A stretch of DNA of 64,000 bases from the human T2T-CHM13v2.0 reference genome, Homo sapiens: assembly GCF_009914755.1 (NCBI RefSeq), contig NC_060925.1; one strand, written 5' to 3'. Each line of letters begins with the position of its first letter. Within the stretch, counting starts at the first letter, position 1. The notes under the pieces were generated by a model. The model saw nothing but the letters and a program-made list of their open reading frames with translations, had not been told where the DNA came from and made no database searches. Of the stretch, positions 1 through 24,899 are shown piece after piece. The translations under genes and the position numbers were made by a program.

Positions 1-85
1 CAAATTTAAAAATCAAGTTCCATATGAGTGGCTCCAAATACCCTCCACTAATCCTCGGTGCAACTTACAAATATGATCATTTTCT

Positions 86-383
<298 letters not shown>

Positions 384-994
384 AAATATGATCATTTTCT
401 AAGAAGAAAATGACATGGGAAAGGTTAGAAAGTTTGCCTTAGAAGATGGTGAGACAGTCCTATCAAAAGCTGGTGGAAGAGAATTCAAGCTTCAGAAAGA
501 ACAGATGCAATGATCCTAAGGCAGAGGAGGACTTGATGGACCAGGGGTGGCTAGTCTGCAGCACAGTGCGGAGGGGAAAGAGGGGTAATGCCAGGGCCCA
601 CACATGTGGAATTTAACCAAGAGCAGTGGGAGGCCACTGAATGGATTAAGCAAGAATGCAACCTAATCTGATTTATATTCTATAATCTAATCTGTGTCTG
701 CTTGGTAGCAAATAAAATACAGAGGTGCAGGAGTGGAAAGAGAAAGGTCATACAGAAAGTTACTGTTGAAGGGCAGGTAAGAGATGAGAAGAGGAGTAGG
801 TCATTCTGATAAGCATTTCAGAGCAAGACCAATAGACTGGCTATCGGGGTGAAAGAAAAAGAGGCTCAAGGAGACTGTCTGTACTTTTTGGTTTGAGTTG
901 AGTAAATGGTAGTGCTATTTACTGGACAAGACTGAGGGAAAGGACAGTTTTAGACAGTGTGGATCCAAAGCCTCAGGATAAATGATCCATATTT

Positions 995-2316
<1,322 letters not shown>

Positions 2317-3689
2317 GAGTTCTAGTAAAGCCAATTCAGGACTGACCCGTAGGGCCCTGTGAGAATCCCTTCTTGCTCTGGCACCTCTCCTTCCCCATTA
2401 TCTAGACTCTACAGTTCACCTCTCTCATTAGCTATAGTTTTTGCCAATCTTGGGGCTCCAAAGTCCCTCTTTCTTTACCCCCTCCTGGTGCTACTTCCCT
2501 GTGCAAAGCAGTGCTTCCAGAGATCATAAGCCCCATGAGGGCAGGAACACTGCTTGTGTTATTCACTGCTGCATTCCCAGCACCCCTGAATTGTGCTGAG
2601 CAGAGTTGGCACTCAATAAATATTCATTCAGTGAGAAAACTTCCTGAAGCCACTAGGAGGGTAACCAGTCACCTCTCCAGGTGCTTAAATACTTGAACCT
2701 ACTAGAAAGAATTTGTGGCCTAACTTCATAGAGATAAATATTATTATTCCCATTTCACAAATGGACAGACAGCTGAGTTAGTTCAAATCATCTAAGATCA
2801 TAATTACTCTACCTAAAATGGTCTGACCCTTGGTTAGAAATATTTTTTAAAGCCAAGAAGTAGAAGCTATTGAAAAATCCAGCATACAAAGAAAACATTA
2901 CCCATGTCATTTAACATTTCTTGAAGATATGATGCATTTAACTAATGCAGAACAGCCTTCCTGGATAAATCCAACAATAAATATTTCGGTTTCCTGAAAA
3001 CAAAACAAAAAACAAGCAAAATAACTCATCTTGGCTTGAATTATAGGAAATTCTTTGCTGGCAGCTCGGTCCAAGCTGATTGCATATGTGCTTTTAGGAT
3101 AGGATTAGAGATTGCATGTGTTCTGCACAGCAACCATGGACACTTAACATTCATGAAATAATAATGAAACGGGAGGCCTGGATTTTTGTCTGTTTGTTTC
3201 TCCTAGGTCTCTTCCTCACTTAAGTGACCTTGGACAAATCCATTTCTTCCCTCGTATCTGATTTCCATGTATCTGTTTCGGGATAATGTTTATCACTAAG
3301 CCGCTTTGTGAGATCTTCAGATTACAAATAATTACTGCCCTTCATTTATGAAATTTTCCTCCTTCACTACCCTACGGGATATTTGCATGACCCTTCCATT
3401 GAAAACCTTTACACACAGTTGTGAAGCGTCAATACCATCTAGGGACGGTTCAGAGGTTCCAAAGCCAATCAACTGACAAGTCGTGAGGATAACTTGGGCC
3501 ATGAAAAGTCCGTTTCCTATGCTACTGAGAATTGGAAAACAGGTATATGTACTAATTCCCAAACCACGTTTGCCTTCTTTCTGCCGTTTTCAGCCTCTTC
3601 TAAACTATGCAGAAGCTGCGGACATTTGACTATCTATATTCGGCAATTCCTTTCCAAAGCAATCCTACCGAAAACAGATCACACGGCCC

Positions 3690-5660
3690 CCACGGGCGGG
3701 CAGGACAAGCCACCAGGCCCTGGTGCAGGAGCTGCGCGCTCCACACATTGTTTAGAGGCCGACGCGACACAGCCATCTTGCGTCGGGGGCCCGGGCCCGG
3801 GAGGAGAGCGAGCCCCGTCCCCTGATCCCGGAGGCCAACACCGGCGAGGGGCTGCCCTGCACGCAGGCGGCCGGCCCAGGAGTCTTAGCGGATCAAGTTG
3901 TCTACGGCGGACTCGGGCCGGTCCCGCAGGACCCGGCCGCACTTGGCCGAGCGCGCAGGCGGGAAGGAGGCCGTCGGTCCGCCCCTCCCGCTGCCGCAGC
4001 GGCCAGGTCCGACAGCGGGCGCGGGACGCTGGATTCCTATTTGCCAGCTTCCTGCTGGGGAGCGTTTTCCAATGGGGCGCGGCGACCCGGCCGACCGCGT
4101 CCTCCTCCCCCACTGCCGCCCGGGTCTCCTCGGGGGCGCGCGCCGGGGCCCGCGCGGGGGCAGCCCCTCCCTCCCCTCCCCGCCGCGGCCCGAGACGCCC
4201 GCAGGCCGGGCGTTCACCCGCCGCGCCTCCGCCCGCCTTCCCCTCCCCCCACTTCCCTCCGGGCGCCCCAAACCCGGGCTTCGGGGGTTCGACGCCGTGC
4301 GCACACGGAGCGGGATGGGAGTGCAGGGCCGGGGGCGGGGGCTGGCCGGGTGCGGGCGGCAGTCTCGGCGGGAGCCGGCGGCCCCTCAGCGTGTCTTTTG
4401 TGTTTGTACACACACGGCGCGAGGCGGCCTGGAGGAGGGAGCGGGCGGCGCGCGGGGGAGGGGCGAGCGCGCGCCAGCGAACGGGCGCGCGGGGGGAAGG
4501 GCGGGGGCGGGGCGCGAGAGGAGCTATGGGGGCGGGGCCGAGCCTTCCCTCCATTGTGTGTGATTGGCTGGCGCGCGGCGCGGGGGCGGGGCGGCGTGTG
4601 TTGGGGGATAGCCTCGGTGTCAGCCATCTTTCAATTGTGTTCGCAGCCGCCGCCGCGCCGCCGTCGCTCTCCAACGCCAGCGCCGCCTCTCGCTCGCCGA
4701 GCTCCAGCCGAAGGAGAAGGGGGGTAAGTTTCCCCGTCTGCCCGCTTCCCCGGAACCGAGCCCCGCTTGCCGTCAGCCCCGAGCCGGGCCCTGGCGGTGC
4801 CGGGAGGGGACCCATAGCCCCTCCGGCTTAGCCCACAAACTTTTTGGCCCAGAAATGGAGGTGAGGAGCGAGTTTCCCTGTTCCCTCTGGCGGCGGCGGC
4901 TCCCCCGTCTCTCGCCGCCTCAGCCCAACAGCAGCAACCGCCGCGGCGCCGAGCCTGCTCTCCCTCCTCCTCCCCGCGCCCCTGGCTCCTCTTTCTTCGG
5001 TGAAATCCCGCCCGCCGCCCCTTCCCCGGACCCCAAACCTTCACCATGACCCGCGCGGGCCTCTTAACTACCGCCCCCGGGCCCCAGCCCCCAGTTTTCG
5101 AGCGGGAAAGGGGTGGAAATCGCCGCCGCTTCGCACCCTGGGGTAACTCGCTTTTTGCTGCCTCCCCACAGTTGTTGCTAAGCTTCACCATCTTGTCTCT
5201 CTTCTCTGGTCACCGACCATATTTTTTCCCCCGTTTCTCTCTTCCCCATTTCAAAAAAGCAAGAATTTTTAAAAGAGGGACGTTTTTTTCCCTTTTTTGG
5301 AGAGGCGGAAACTTGATGCATTTGAAATGCAAAAAAACTTTTGCATTTTGGAGGGCGGCACGTGGCAGGGGATAGGGGTATTTTCGAGCGATTTGGTGTT
5401 TTGTCTCTTTGGAACGGAATCGGATACGTTTTGCGATTGTTTCCATTTTGTTCTGGTCGGGGAGCCGAGTTGGTTCCTGCTCGAGGCGCTGGGAGCGAGG
5501 CGGGCAGGTTGGGGGACCCTGTGCCGAGGGACCCGAAGGAGGCAAAACCAAAAGTTTATGTGGTGCTTGGGGTGGACCGGTCGGCGGATGTCGTGCGTTA
5601 ATTAAAGCCTGGGTGCGGGGCACTTTTTATTTCACTGCGAAGCCTGTGAGGACTGGACGC
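3690..5660. promoter_or_regulatory. CpG island, TATA-less and probably bidirectional promoter of H3-3A
   Basis: Very high GC and CpG density; inverted CCAAT (ATTGG 4563-4567), CCAAT 4069-4073, several GGGGCGGGG Sp/KLF boxes at 4500-4592, YY1-type GCCATCTT at 4623-4630 and 3772-3779. Confidence 0.92.
4616..4723 (+). other. H3-3A: H3-3A non-coding exon 1 (5' UTR); start approximate
   Basis: Lies just downstream of CCAAT/GC boxes, contains no ATG, ends in a consensus donor GGG|GTAAGT (GT at 4724-4725); matches my recollection of the H3F3A 5' UTR. Confidence 0.85.
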
Positions 5661-6247
5661 GAGGACGGGGCTTTGTAGAATGCTCGCTGGTGGTAGCTGT
5701 TGTTCCTCTCTTGTTTTTTCGAGACGCCTTTTTGTCAACATAACTGTAAAGATGCAAAACCAAGAATATTTTCAGATATTTACAGCAATCCATCAACAGT
5801 CAGACGAAGGGGGGGCAGCCAAAGTGGGGGGGAGTAAGACCTTTTTTTTGCTGTAATTTGACTCGACCTTCCAGTGGTTTGTGCCTTTTTTCTTTTGACT
5901 TGTTTGTGGATGGAATGTTTACAGACATTTCTAATTACTGCTTTAATTAAATAAATTGGATCAAAGGCCGTTCGAGGTATTTTTGTTTTGCCGTTTGTCG
6001 CTCAGAATTGGCATTTTGAGAGGTGATTGATACTGCTAACAATTTTCTAGTACTCTAGTTTGTTTCAAGAAGAGATTTTGGGTAGACGTAATCTTCACCC
6101 TTTCAAATTATATAACAATACGAACATTATTTTTTATACTGATCATAATTTCCAGATTTGGGGAGGGGGTGATCGTGGCAGGAAAAGTTGTATGTTTGGT
6201 AGTTGCATATGGTGATTTTTGATTTTTCAATGCTGGTAGGTAAGTAA

Positions 6248-6394
<147 letters not shown>

Positions 6395-7564
6395 TAAAAA
6401 ACAGGAAAAAAATGGGACAAAGTCTCTCTTGTATGTATCCATATAATTTAACAAAAAGATGGATAACAGGAAAACTTTTTGCTTTAGAGAAACTTTTTTT
6501 TTTCATTTGAACACTTAACTACTGCTTAAATAAATGTACTGTATGATCATTTATATATAAAGTTAAGTATTAGGTTTTATTGAAAACGTTTAACTTTGAA
6601 GCCATAATCTTACCTGGAGGTCTAAGGAGACCTCGTATATCACTGATAATGTTAATGGGATATATTGACATTTTAGTTAACTATTAGTAATTCTTTAAAA
6701 ATAGTTAAGTGTTGCTTTCTTGAATACACTTTTGAGGTTATCTTTCCTAGTTTTTGGCAAAATAATAATATAATCGAGATTGGGTGTTTTATAAAGTTCC
6801 TACCCCCTCATTTACTTGATTAGCTTATTTCCTTCTGTATTAGCTCTTTTGATTGTGAACTACCTGAGCCACTGTGTTGTTAAGGGCATCTGCCATTAGA
6901 GGGCAGAAGTTGCCTAGACTTAGCCTCCGCAAATATTACGATTAACCTAAAATAAAAGCTCATACAGTGGAAGAAATAAGTCAGAATGAGAGGTAAATTT
7001 CTTGCTGACAATTACTTAGTAAAAAAAACTTTTCCACGTGGAAGGAACACTGCACAATCGGGTGTATTCAAATTTAATAGTTGATGAGGGGTGAACTGTA
7101 GTCAGGGTAGAGGTATTCTGGGAAATAGAACTTGAATGCCACAAGCAGATTTTTAAATGAAGTTCATTGGGTTGTGTTGGTCATCTTTAAGGGCTCTTAA
7201 GATAATAGAGGGTGTAGGGAAGGAGAGTGGTGCTAAATTGAGGGGAGCCAACTTCTTCATTAGCCTGACAGCTAATACCTTCCCAAGGTTTATATACATG
7301 AATAACTTTTTAAAATGAAAATAAATAGGGCTTTGAGGAATTTCTTGCTAAGAATGCATTTTAATTTCATGCTTTTTGCTTTAAAGGTATTGTTACTAGA
7401 TTTGAATGTTCACATCTTAAGTTGATCAGTGAAATTTGATACTGAAGCTGAAGAATTGTTGGGTGGCTTATTTTTTGAAAGATTACTGCATTTCTTTGAA
7501 GCTGCCCACTTACCTTTTTGTGCTATTTATGTTTTTGGTAACAGTTTCTTTATTAATTTTTTAA

Positions 7565-7807
<243 letters not shown>

Positions 7808-9330
7808 TAATCACAAGCCTGTCAGGTAGTTGATATTGTTACTTCACTGTTGAGACTTCAGAAAGGTTAAATTGCTCAAGGTCATACACGTAGAAAATGG
7901 CAAAACCATAATTTGAACCTATTTGACTCCAAGGCTTAGTGCACATTCCATTATACCATTTAAAATTTTGAAACATTGCACTAAAAACAATATTTAAAGA
8001 AAATCCTCTGGTTTGGTTTATGGATGCTGCAGGACATTAAGAAGAACTTGAGACTAGAGGTCTATATTTGTAGTAACAATTTCAAACAACAGTGCCTAGA
8101 ATAAAAGAAATGTCTCTTCAGGTCCTGAAGAAACATATAGGTAGAGAGAGCTTAATACCTAGGATGGGAATAGGCAGTATTAAAAAATTATGCATTAAGA
8201 CGTAAAAGGAGCAGTGAGTGGAGGATAGGATTGGATTGGCAAGATCGGGGGAACGGTGCTTAAAGGTGATACTGGACGTGTAAAGGGGCCAGGATTTGCC
8301 TTGTGGTTTCCTAAAGGGGATTAGGGATTGCCACTTACATGTGGAGCATATTGAATTTAATCTTAATCTCTAGCATGTCAGGACTTAGAGAAATACTGTT
8401 CTAGAGATATTTATGTATTTGAGATATTTGTGGTTTAAGTTAAGACCAAAACTTGAAATTCCTACAAGATACTTGATAAAGGTATGTAGACGTCATTAAC
8501 ATCAGTCACTTAAGTAACCTATTTTATATTGTGTGGTTGGATTCTTTAGTTGCAAGTATCCCAGAATACAGTAAAGCTACCACCTCCATCAGAAGCATGC
8601 AGTTGGGGGTCGTTAAAAATGCTGATTGTTAGGCACCATTGCAGACCTGAATCATTCTGGGGGTGGGGAGGGGGCATCCAGAATCTAAGTACATTCCATT
8701 GGAGGATTTTCAAGGCTGCTGTTGCTGTGCTGGGCTTTTGCTTTATGTATGAGAAAGATAGGATAGGTGGATTCCACCCTGAAGTGTAATTGGTCGAGCT
8801 GTTTCTATGGTTAATCTAAACTTCATTTGATTGGTGAATTCCAGGAGTAGGCATCCATTAAATTCTCAGTGAGTTGCTGAAATTTCAACTACTAAAATCT
8901 TCCATGTTTTTACTTAAAACTTTATTTTCTGTTTTAATAGCCGATTATCTTCAGTTCTTATTTATTACTAAATACAGAAATGTTACTAAGATTCGTAAGC
9001 ATTGGTACAAAGCTGCTAATATTTTCTAGTTAGAACTGTGCTTAAAGAACAATACTGTACTTGAAAAGTGTAGCGTTTTTAGCTTAAATGTCAATAATGT
9101 AGCCTTTTAAATTGAATTTACTAAACAATCTGGGTAAAAGACTCATCTTTCTAAAATTATTCACATGTAAACTTCCATTGTTACTATTACATATTTGTCA
9201 TTAAGTGTGGTTGTATTGGTTTTAAGCAAAATGTTCACCTCTTCTGTCCACAGTTCTCTTAGTGTTAGATAGCTCTTTATTGGAAAGAGTGATCTTTGTT
9301 AAGCTTTTGTGTTTTCTGTTTGCTTTTTTA

Positions 9331-12813
<3,483 letters not shown>

Positions 12814-13210
12814 CTACTGGACAAGGCAGAGGTTCACATACTGTGTGAATGGGATTCAGAGTGAGGAGGAGACTAGGCTGGGATGGGGTATTTGGATTGG
12901 ACATGATTGCGTTTATAAGAATGAGAGTGTTAAATTGGATTTCTTGCTTTATTTGTGACATTTCAGTTTATTAGAAATCATGTTACCATTAGAAAAATTG
13001 AAGTTTCCTAGTAACAAAGTAATTTGATTTGTGTAACTTGATAAAAGATTTACTGACTTAAGCTTTTGTTTTTTTTCATAAGCTGCTTTTGAGCTTTGTC
13101 CCACAGGTTGTAAAATGTAAGCATTTGGTAAAATTGTCAGCATCTTGCCCAGTCATTTTTTTAAAGGGTTCAAAAACCTTTTTGTTTTAATTCGTATAGT
13201 TGGGTCTTAA

Positions 13211-13387
<177 letters not shown>

Positions 13388-13909
13388 GAATCCACTATGA
13401 TGGGAAACATTTCATTCTCAAAAAAAAAAAAAAAATTTCTCTTCTTCCTGTTATTGGTAGTTCTGAACGTTAGATATTTTTTTTCCATGGGGTCAAAAGG
13501 TACCTAAGTATATGATTGCGAGTGGAAAAATAGGGGACAGAAATCAGGTATTGGCAGTTTTTCCATTTTCATTTGTGTGTGAATTTTTAATATAAATGCG
13601 GAGACGTAAAGCATTAATGCAAGTTAAAATGTTTCAGTGAACAAGTTTCAGCGGTTCAACTTTATAATAATTATAAATAAACCTGTTAAATTTTTCTGGA
13701 CAATGCCAGCATTTGGATTTTTTTAAAACAAGTAAATTTCTTATTGATGGCAACTAAATGGTGTTTGTAGCATTTTTATCATACAGTAGATTCCATCCAT
13801 TCACTATACTTTTCTAACTGAGTTGTCCTACATGCAAGTACATGTTTTTAATGTTGTCTGTCTTCTGTGCTGTTCCTGTAAGTTTGCTATTAAAATACAT
13901 TAAACTATA
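13388..13909 (+). other. H3-3A: H3-3A 3' UTR of a polyadenylated (replication-independent) histone mRNA
   Basis: No histone stem-loop after the stop codon; AATAAA at 13676-13681, ATTAAA at 13889-13894 and 13899-13904, followed by a T/GT-rich downstream element; genomic A16 at 13420-13435. Confidence 0.85.
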
Positions 13910-13930
13910 CCTGCTTTTGGTCTTTATTAT
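13889..13930 (+). terminator. Distal polyadenylation signals of H3-3A
   Basis: Tandem ATTAAA hexamers followed by CTTTTGGTCTTTATT (U/GU-rich). Confidence 0.7.
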
Positions 13931-16234
13931 AGCCTTGCCCTACAATTATATTCCAAATAATTTCAGTATTAAGTCCTTTAATAGTCACTTTATATCTGAG
14001 ACGTGAGACTTATTGAGAGAGAAGGAAAGTATAGACTTGGTGGCAAAAGGAACTTGGCTTTATTTCTAATTTTTAGAAGCTTGCCACTACCCAGTGGTCT
14101 TAACTCTTTGGATGTGTTGTCTTCTGAACCAATAATTCGAAAAGCTAATCAACAGGATCACCTGGAAATAGTGGAATCTGTAAGTAGATTGAACTTTCAT
14201 GAATGTTTAATAACAAATGAGAGTGTGTAACAGTCTTTAGCTCAAAAATTAATGCATTCAAGATCTGGCTATTTTAAGATGCTCTATTAGTTAACCCTGA
14301 ATTTATTCAAGCACTAATAGTTAATTCTTAGCCCTGTTTTATTTAGTGTTGGTACAATTAATGTGAAATGAGGATAATTAAACCTTCTAAGACTTTTAAC
14401 ACATCCCATTAGTTGTAACGTTTGAGTGTTTGAAACTGCCCTAGAAGTGATACGAAATGTTAATAACTATGCCAAGAATAGACGCATGTCAGTAAGATAC
14501 GACACTGGGCTTGCATTCTTACTGCTCTTAAACATTTAGCCATAACTTAATCTTTTGACTATAGGTGACTATAAAATTCTTTAATGGGAGAATTAATTAC
14601 TTTAAGAGGCTGATTTTGTTAGCATGCATCCTAGTTTTCAGTATGATCTTTTGCATGTACTTCTACAGGGAAGTACGGGTAACACTTGGAACTTTCTCAA
14701 TATAAGTTACTAAAAGCCAATTGTAGTTGAATGTTCTCTGTTCAATCCAGTTTTTCAGTGCAAAAGACCAAATGGCCTTTTCATGAAACACTTCAGAAGA
14801 AAAAGGTGTCTCCAGTAAGGGAGGAAGTTAATGTTACCTGCTGGAATCTGATAAAGACCAGTTATTTACAAGTAGACAATACAGTCCTTTGAGTTCTTGG
14901 AATCCTAAAATCTCGAAAAGTTTTAATGCTCTAAAAGTACATTTTTTATTGCCCCATGAAGTGGTTGTTAACAATTCTTTTTTTAAACATAATTTCAATG
15001 TTTAAACAAATATTTAGTACTATGTGCTCACTGTCCAGGTATAATACAGTAAGTTGTACATTATAAAATGAGCCAGATAGAAAAAAGCACAAAGATAAAC
15101 TTGGCACTCAACGTATGTACACAAATGTCTGGTCAATTTATTGAATTGTCTCATACAATGCTATGTTAATATTGGGCATGTATTCTTATATATTCCTAGT
15201 TTACCAGGACCTGACAAATATGCATAGTAGTTTTGAGCTCAGGGCTATCCTTTGACTCAGGTGTAAGTGGATCTGCCAGCTCTTTAATCCCTGGGTTAAT
15301 GCTCAGTAACTGTTAGGCTCATAATCCTCTTTCCTATGATGCTTCAGAGTTGCTATATGGCAGTCCCACCCAGAAAAAAAACCTAGAGTGAATTGGAATT
15401 CGGCCCAAAATGTATGGAGACTAGCTAGAATTACCACTTTGTTTCAGCTTTTCAATAGCAAAGTAAATAGCCAACAAACACCTTCTAAGATTCCAGAAAA
15501 GTTCACTAAAGTCTAAGTTAACAGATGAAAAACCCCAGAAAATTATATTTTAAGATTAAAAAAAAATTTCAGGTAAACGTCTTAGGAAAATCGGGAATAC
15601 TATGGAAGAATCTTTAGGAATTTGAAAACATCCTCTTAAGCAAATGGGGGGAATCTCAGCTATTATGAATAGGTGGGTGCTTGAACAATGCCCAAACTCT
15701 TGCCTTTTCTTGACAGTCCAGAATCTTTAAGAGGAAATACATTCAAATTTGCAAATAAATCAAGGGCCTGCCAAATGCTGAGGATGCAAAAGTATGCCCC
15801 AATTCAAAATTTAATTCTCAACAACTGTGAAGTGGGTACTATTGTATGCTCTATTTTACAGGTAAAGAAATGACGAAAGAGGTAGACTTTGTCCCCAGGT
15901 AGGCTAAATCGAAGACCATTCTCTTAAGTGATACATAGAATAAATTAGAGCAGTTAATTTTGCCAGGGATTGTAGAAGTTGAAGTCTTGGCAGTAGTAGA
16001 AACAAATGGGGGTTGGGAGGGAAGACAAAATTAGGATTGAGGGTGATATTTTAGAAATCATAAGAAAAGCCTGTATGCAGTCAAAACCATGCTGCTCATC
16101 ACCTGCTCAGTCATAACCTACCCCCTTTAATTCCACTCTCATTACCTATTCCTTTAGGCTCTTCCTCCAAAGGGGCATCCAAAACTTTTCACTCCCCACT
16201 TCTACTGCCCTAATCCAAGCTGCTATTTGCTATT

Positions 16235-18683
<2,449 letters not shown>

Positions 18684-18892
18684 CAACAGTAGCTAAACTG
18701 CCTCTGTACTAGCCGAGTGACCTCGGGCAAATCACCCAGTCCCCCTATGCCTCGTTCATTCATTCATTCATTATTTATGGAGTACCTTCTATGTACCAGA
18801 CACTGTTGTGGGGACACAGAAGTGAACAAAGTTCCCTATTGTTATGGAGCTACATTGTAGTGGGAAAAAACACAATAAAGATGAAGTAAATG

Positions 18893-20176
<1,284 letters not shown>

Positions 20177-21119
20177 TACATAATTTATCAGATAGTGGTA
20201 AGTGCTAAAAAGAAAAAAAGGATGTGGATAACAAGTGTTGTGGACTCGGGGGGGAGATGTTGGAAGTTAGCGTAGCCATGGGAGGCATCACTGAGGTATC
20301 TTTCGAGTCAAGTCTTGAAGAAAATGAGACAGCAAGCCACACAGATGTGAGAGAAGAGTATTTCAGGTCCTATTAGGGGTCCCATTGGAGGAGCCAGCCT
20401 GGTATGTTCTCGGAACAACAGGGAGGTGAGCATGCCACAGCAGAGCAAACGAGCAGAGAAGCACGGTGGGAAACCGGAGATGTAATGGGAGTCAGAGCAT
20501 GTAGCGCTTTATAGGTCCTGCAAGGACACTGAGTGAGACGGGAAACCTCTGGAGAGTTTTCAGCAGAAGGATAAAATGGTCTGACTAATGTTTTAACAAA
20601 ATCACTCCAGCTGCTGTCTGGAGAATAGACCAAAGGCAATAAGGGTAGAGCAGAAAGGAAAACCAATTAAGCTATTGCAGTAACCTAAGTGTGACATGAT
20701 ATAGCGGCTTGGACTTGGGTGGTGGCAGTGGCAGTGTGCAAAGTGGCATTCTGGATATTTTACAATGATAGGAGGATGGCTAGGACTTAATGGATGTAGG
20801 CATGAGAAAAAAAAAGGGAGAGGGGGCGGTTAATGGGGCCAGGGTTTTGACCTGAGCAACCGCATGAAGTTGCTATTGCTTCACTTAGGGAAGACTGTGA
20901 GGGAACAGGTTTGGGAAATATAAGGAGCTCAGTTTTGGACGTGTTAAGATTGAGATGCTTAATTAGACTTTTTATTGATTTCATGGAGACTATTGGATAT
21001 GAACCTGGGGTTTAGGAAAGAGGTTTGGGCTGGAGATATAAATTTGGAAGTCATCAGCATGGTCTTAAAACTAGCTGAGATCACCAAGGAAGCAGGTGCT
21101 GATAGAAATTAGAGAGGAA

Positions 21120-21436
<317 letters not shown>

Positions 21437-21907
21437 GAAATTAGAGAGGAGCTCCAAGGACTGAGGAACTCAACATTTAGAGTTTAGAGACTGAGTGACA
21501 GCTCCAAAGAAGACTGAGAAGAAATAGGCAGAGAGGAAGAAAGCCAGACATATGTGATCATCTGGAATTCAAAAGAAGAAAGTGCTCCAATGAGGACGAA
21601 GTGATCTACGGTGTCAAATACTACTAAGTCAAGGGGAGCGTGAGGTCTGAGAATTGACCATTGAATTCCTAGAGGTCATTGGTGATCCTAATAACAGTTT
21701 TGATGAAATAGAGGGAACAAAACCTGATTAGAGGGAATTCAAGAGAAACTAGGCTTTAATCAAACGATGAAACTTCATGTCATCAAAAAGGAGACAAACT
21801 GACATCGTACTGAGGACACAACATCACCCAAACTTTTAGCCAAAATGTTTAAACTGAATATAATAAGGATAAAGAAACAACCTGATAAATCCAAAGTGTA
21901 AGACACT

Positions 21908-24481
<2,574 letters not shown>

Positions 24482-24899
24482 TAGTAAAAGAAACATTACA
24501 CATCAAACCTGTGATTTCGTATAACACCTCTAAATTTGAGTCAATTAAAACATCGTAATAATAAGAGTTCAGTTTTACAATTAGTGCTGGCAAGGCAAAA
24601 ATAACGAAAGTGGTAGGAGGTCCGGGGATTATGTGAGAGAACGCATGACAAATGTTTAGCACAGAGCCGGGCACACACAGTGAGGGCTCAATTCACGGTG
24701 GATTTTATTTGGTCATCATCATCACATTTGGAGCTGAAATAGAACAGTTCTGATTCCAAGTGAAGGGGAGGTAGAGTGGAGGGGGTGGGGAGGGCTAGCT
24801 TGGATTTCTGCTAAGATGTCACAGCCTCGGATACCCTCAAGGCATGCCATGCCCGGGCTTAGCTGGGTGAGGGGCCTGTGAAGCTTGTTGGTGTGTAAG

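Noticed and set aside
3494-4831. 445-aa and other long overlapping ORFs across the H3-3A CpG island
   Set aside because: Ala/Arg/Gly/Pro-rich low-complexity translations open in several frames on both strands, which reflects stop-codon scarcity in GC-rich DNA; non-ATG starts; no recognisable domain.
13388-13460. Histone 3' stem-loop and U7 downstream element
   Set aside because: No GGYYCTTTTNAGRRCC stem-loop is present, as expected for polyadenylated H3.3.
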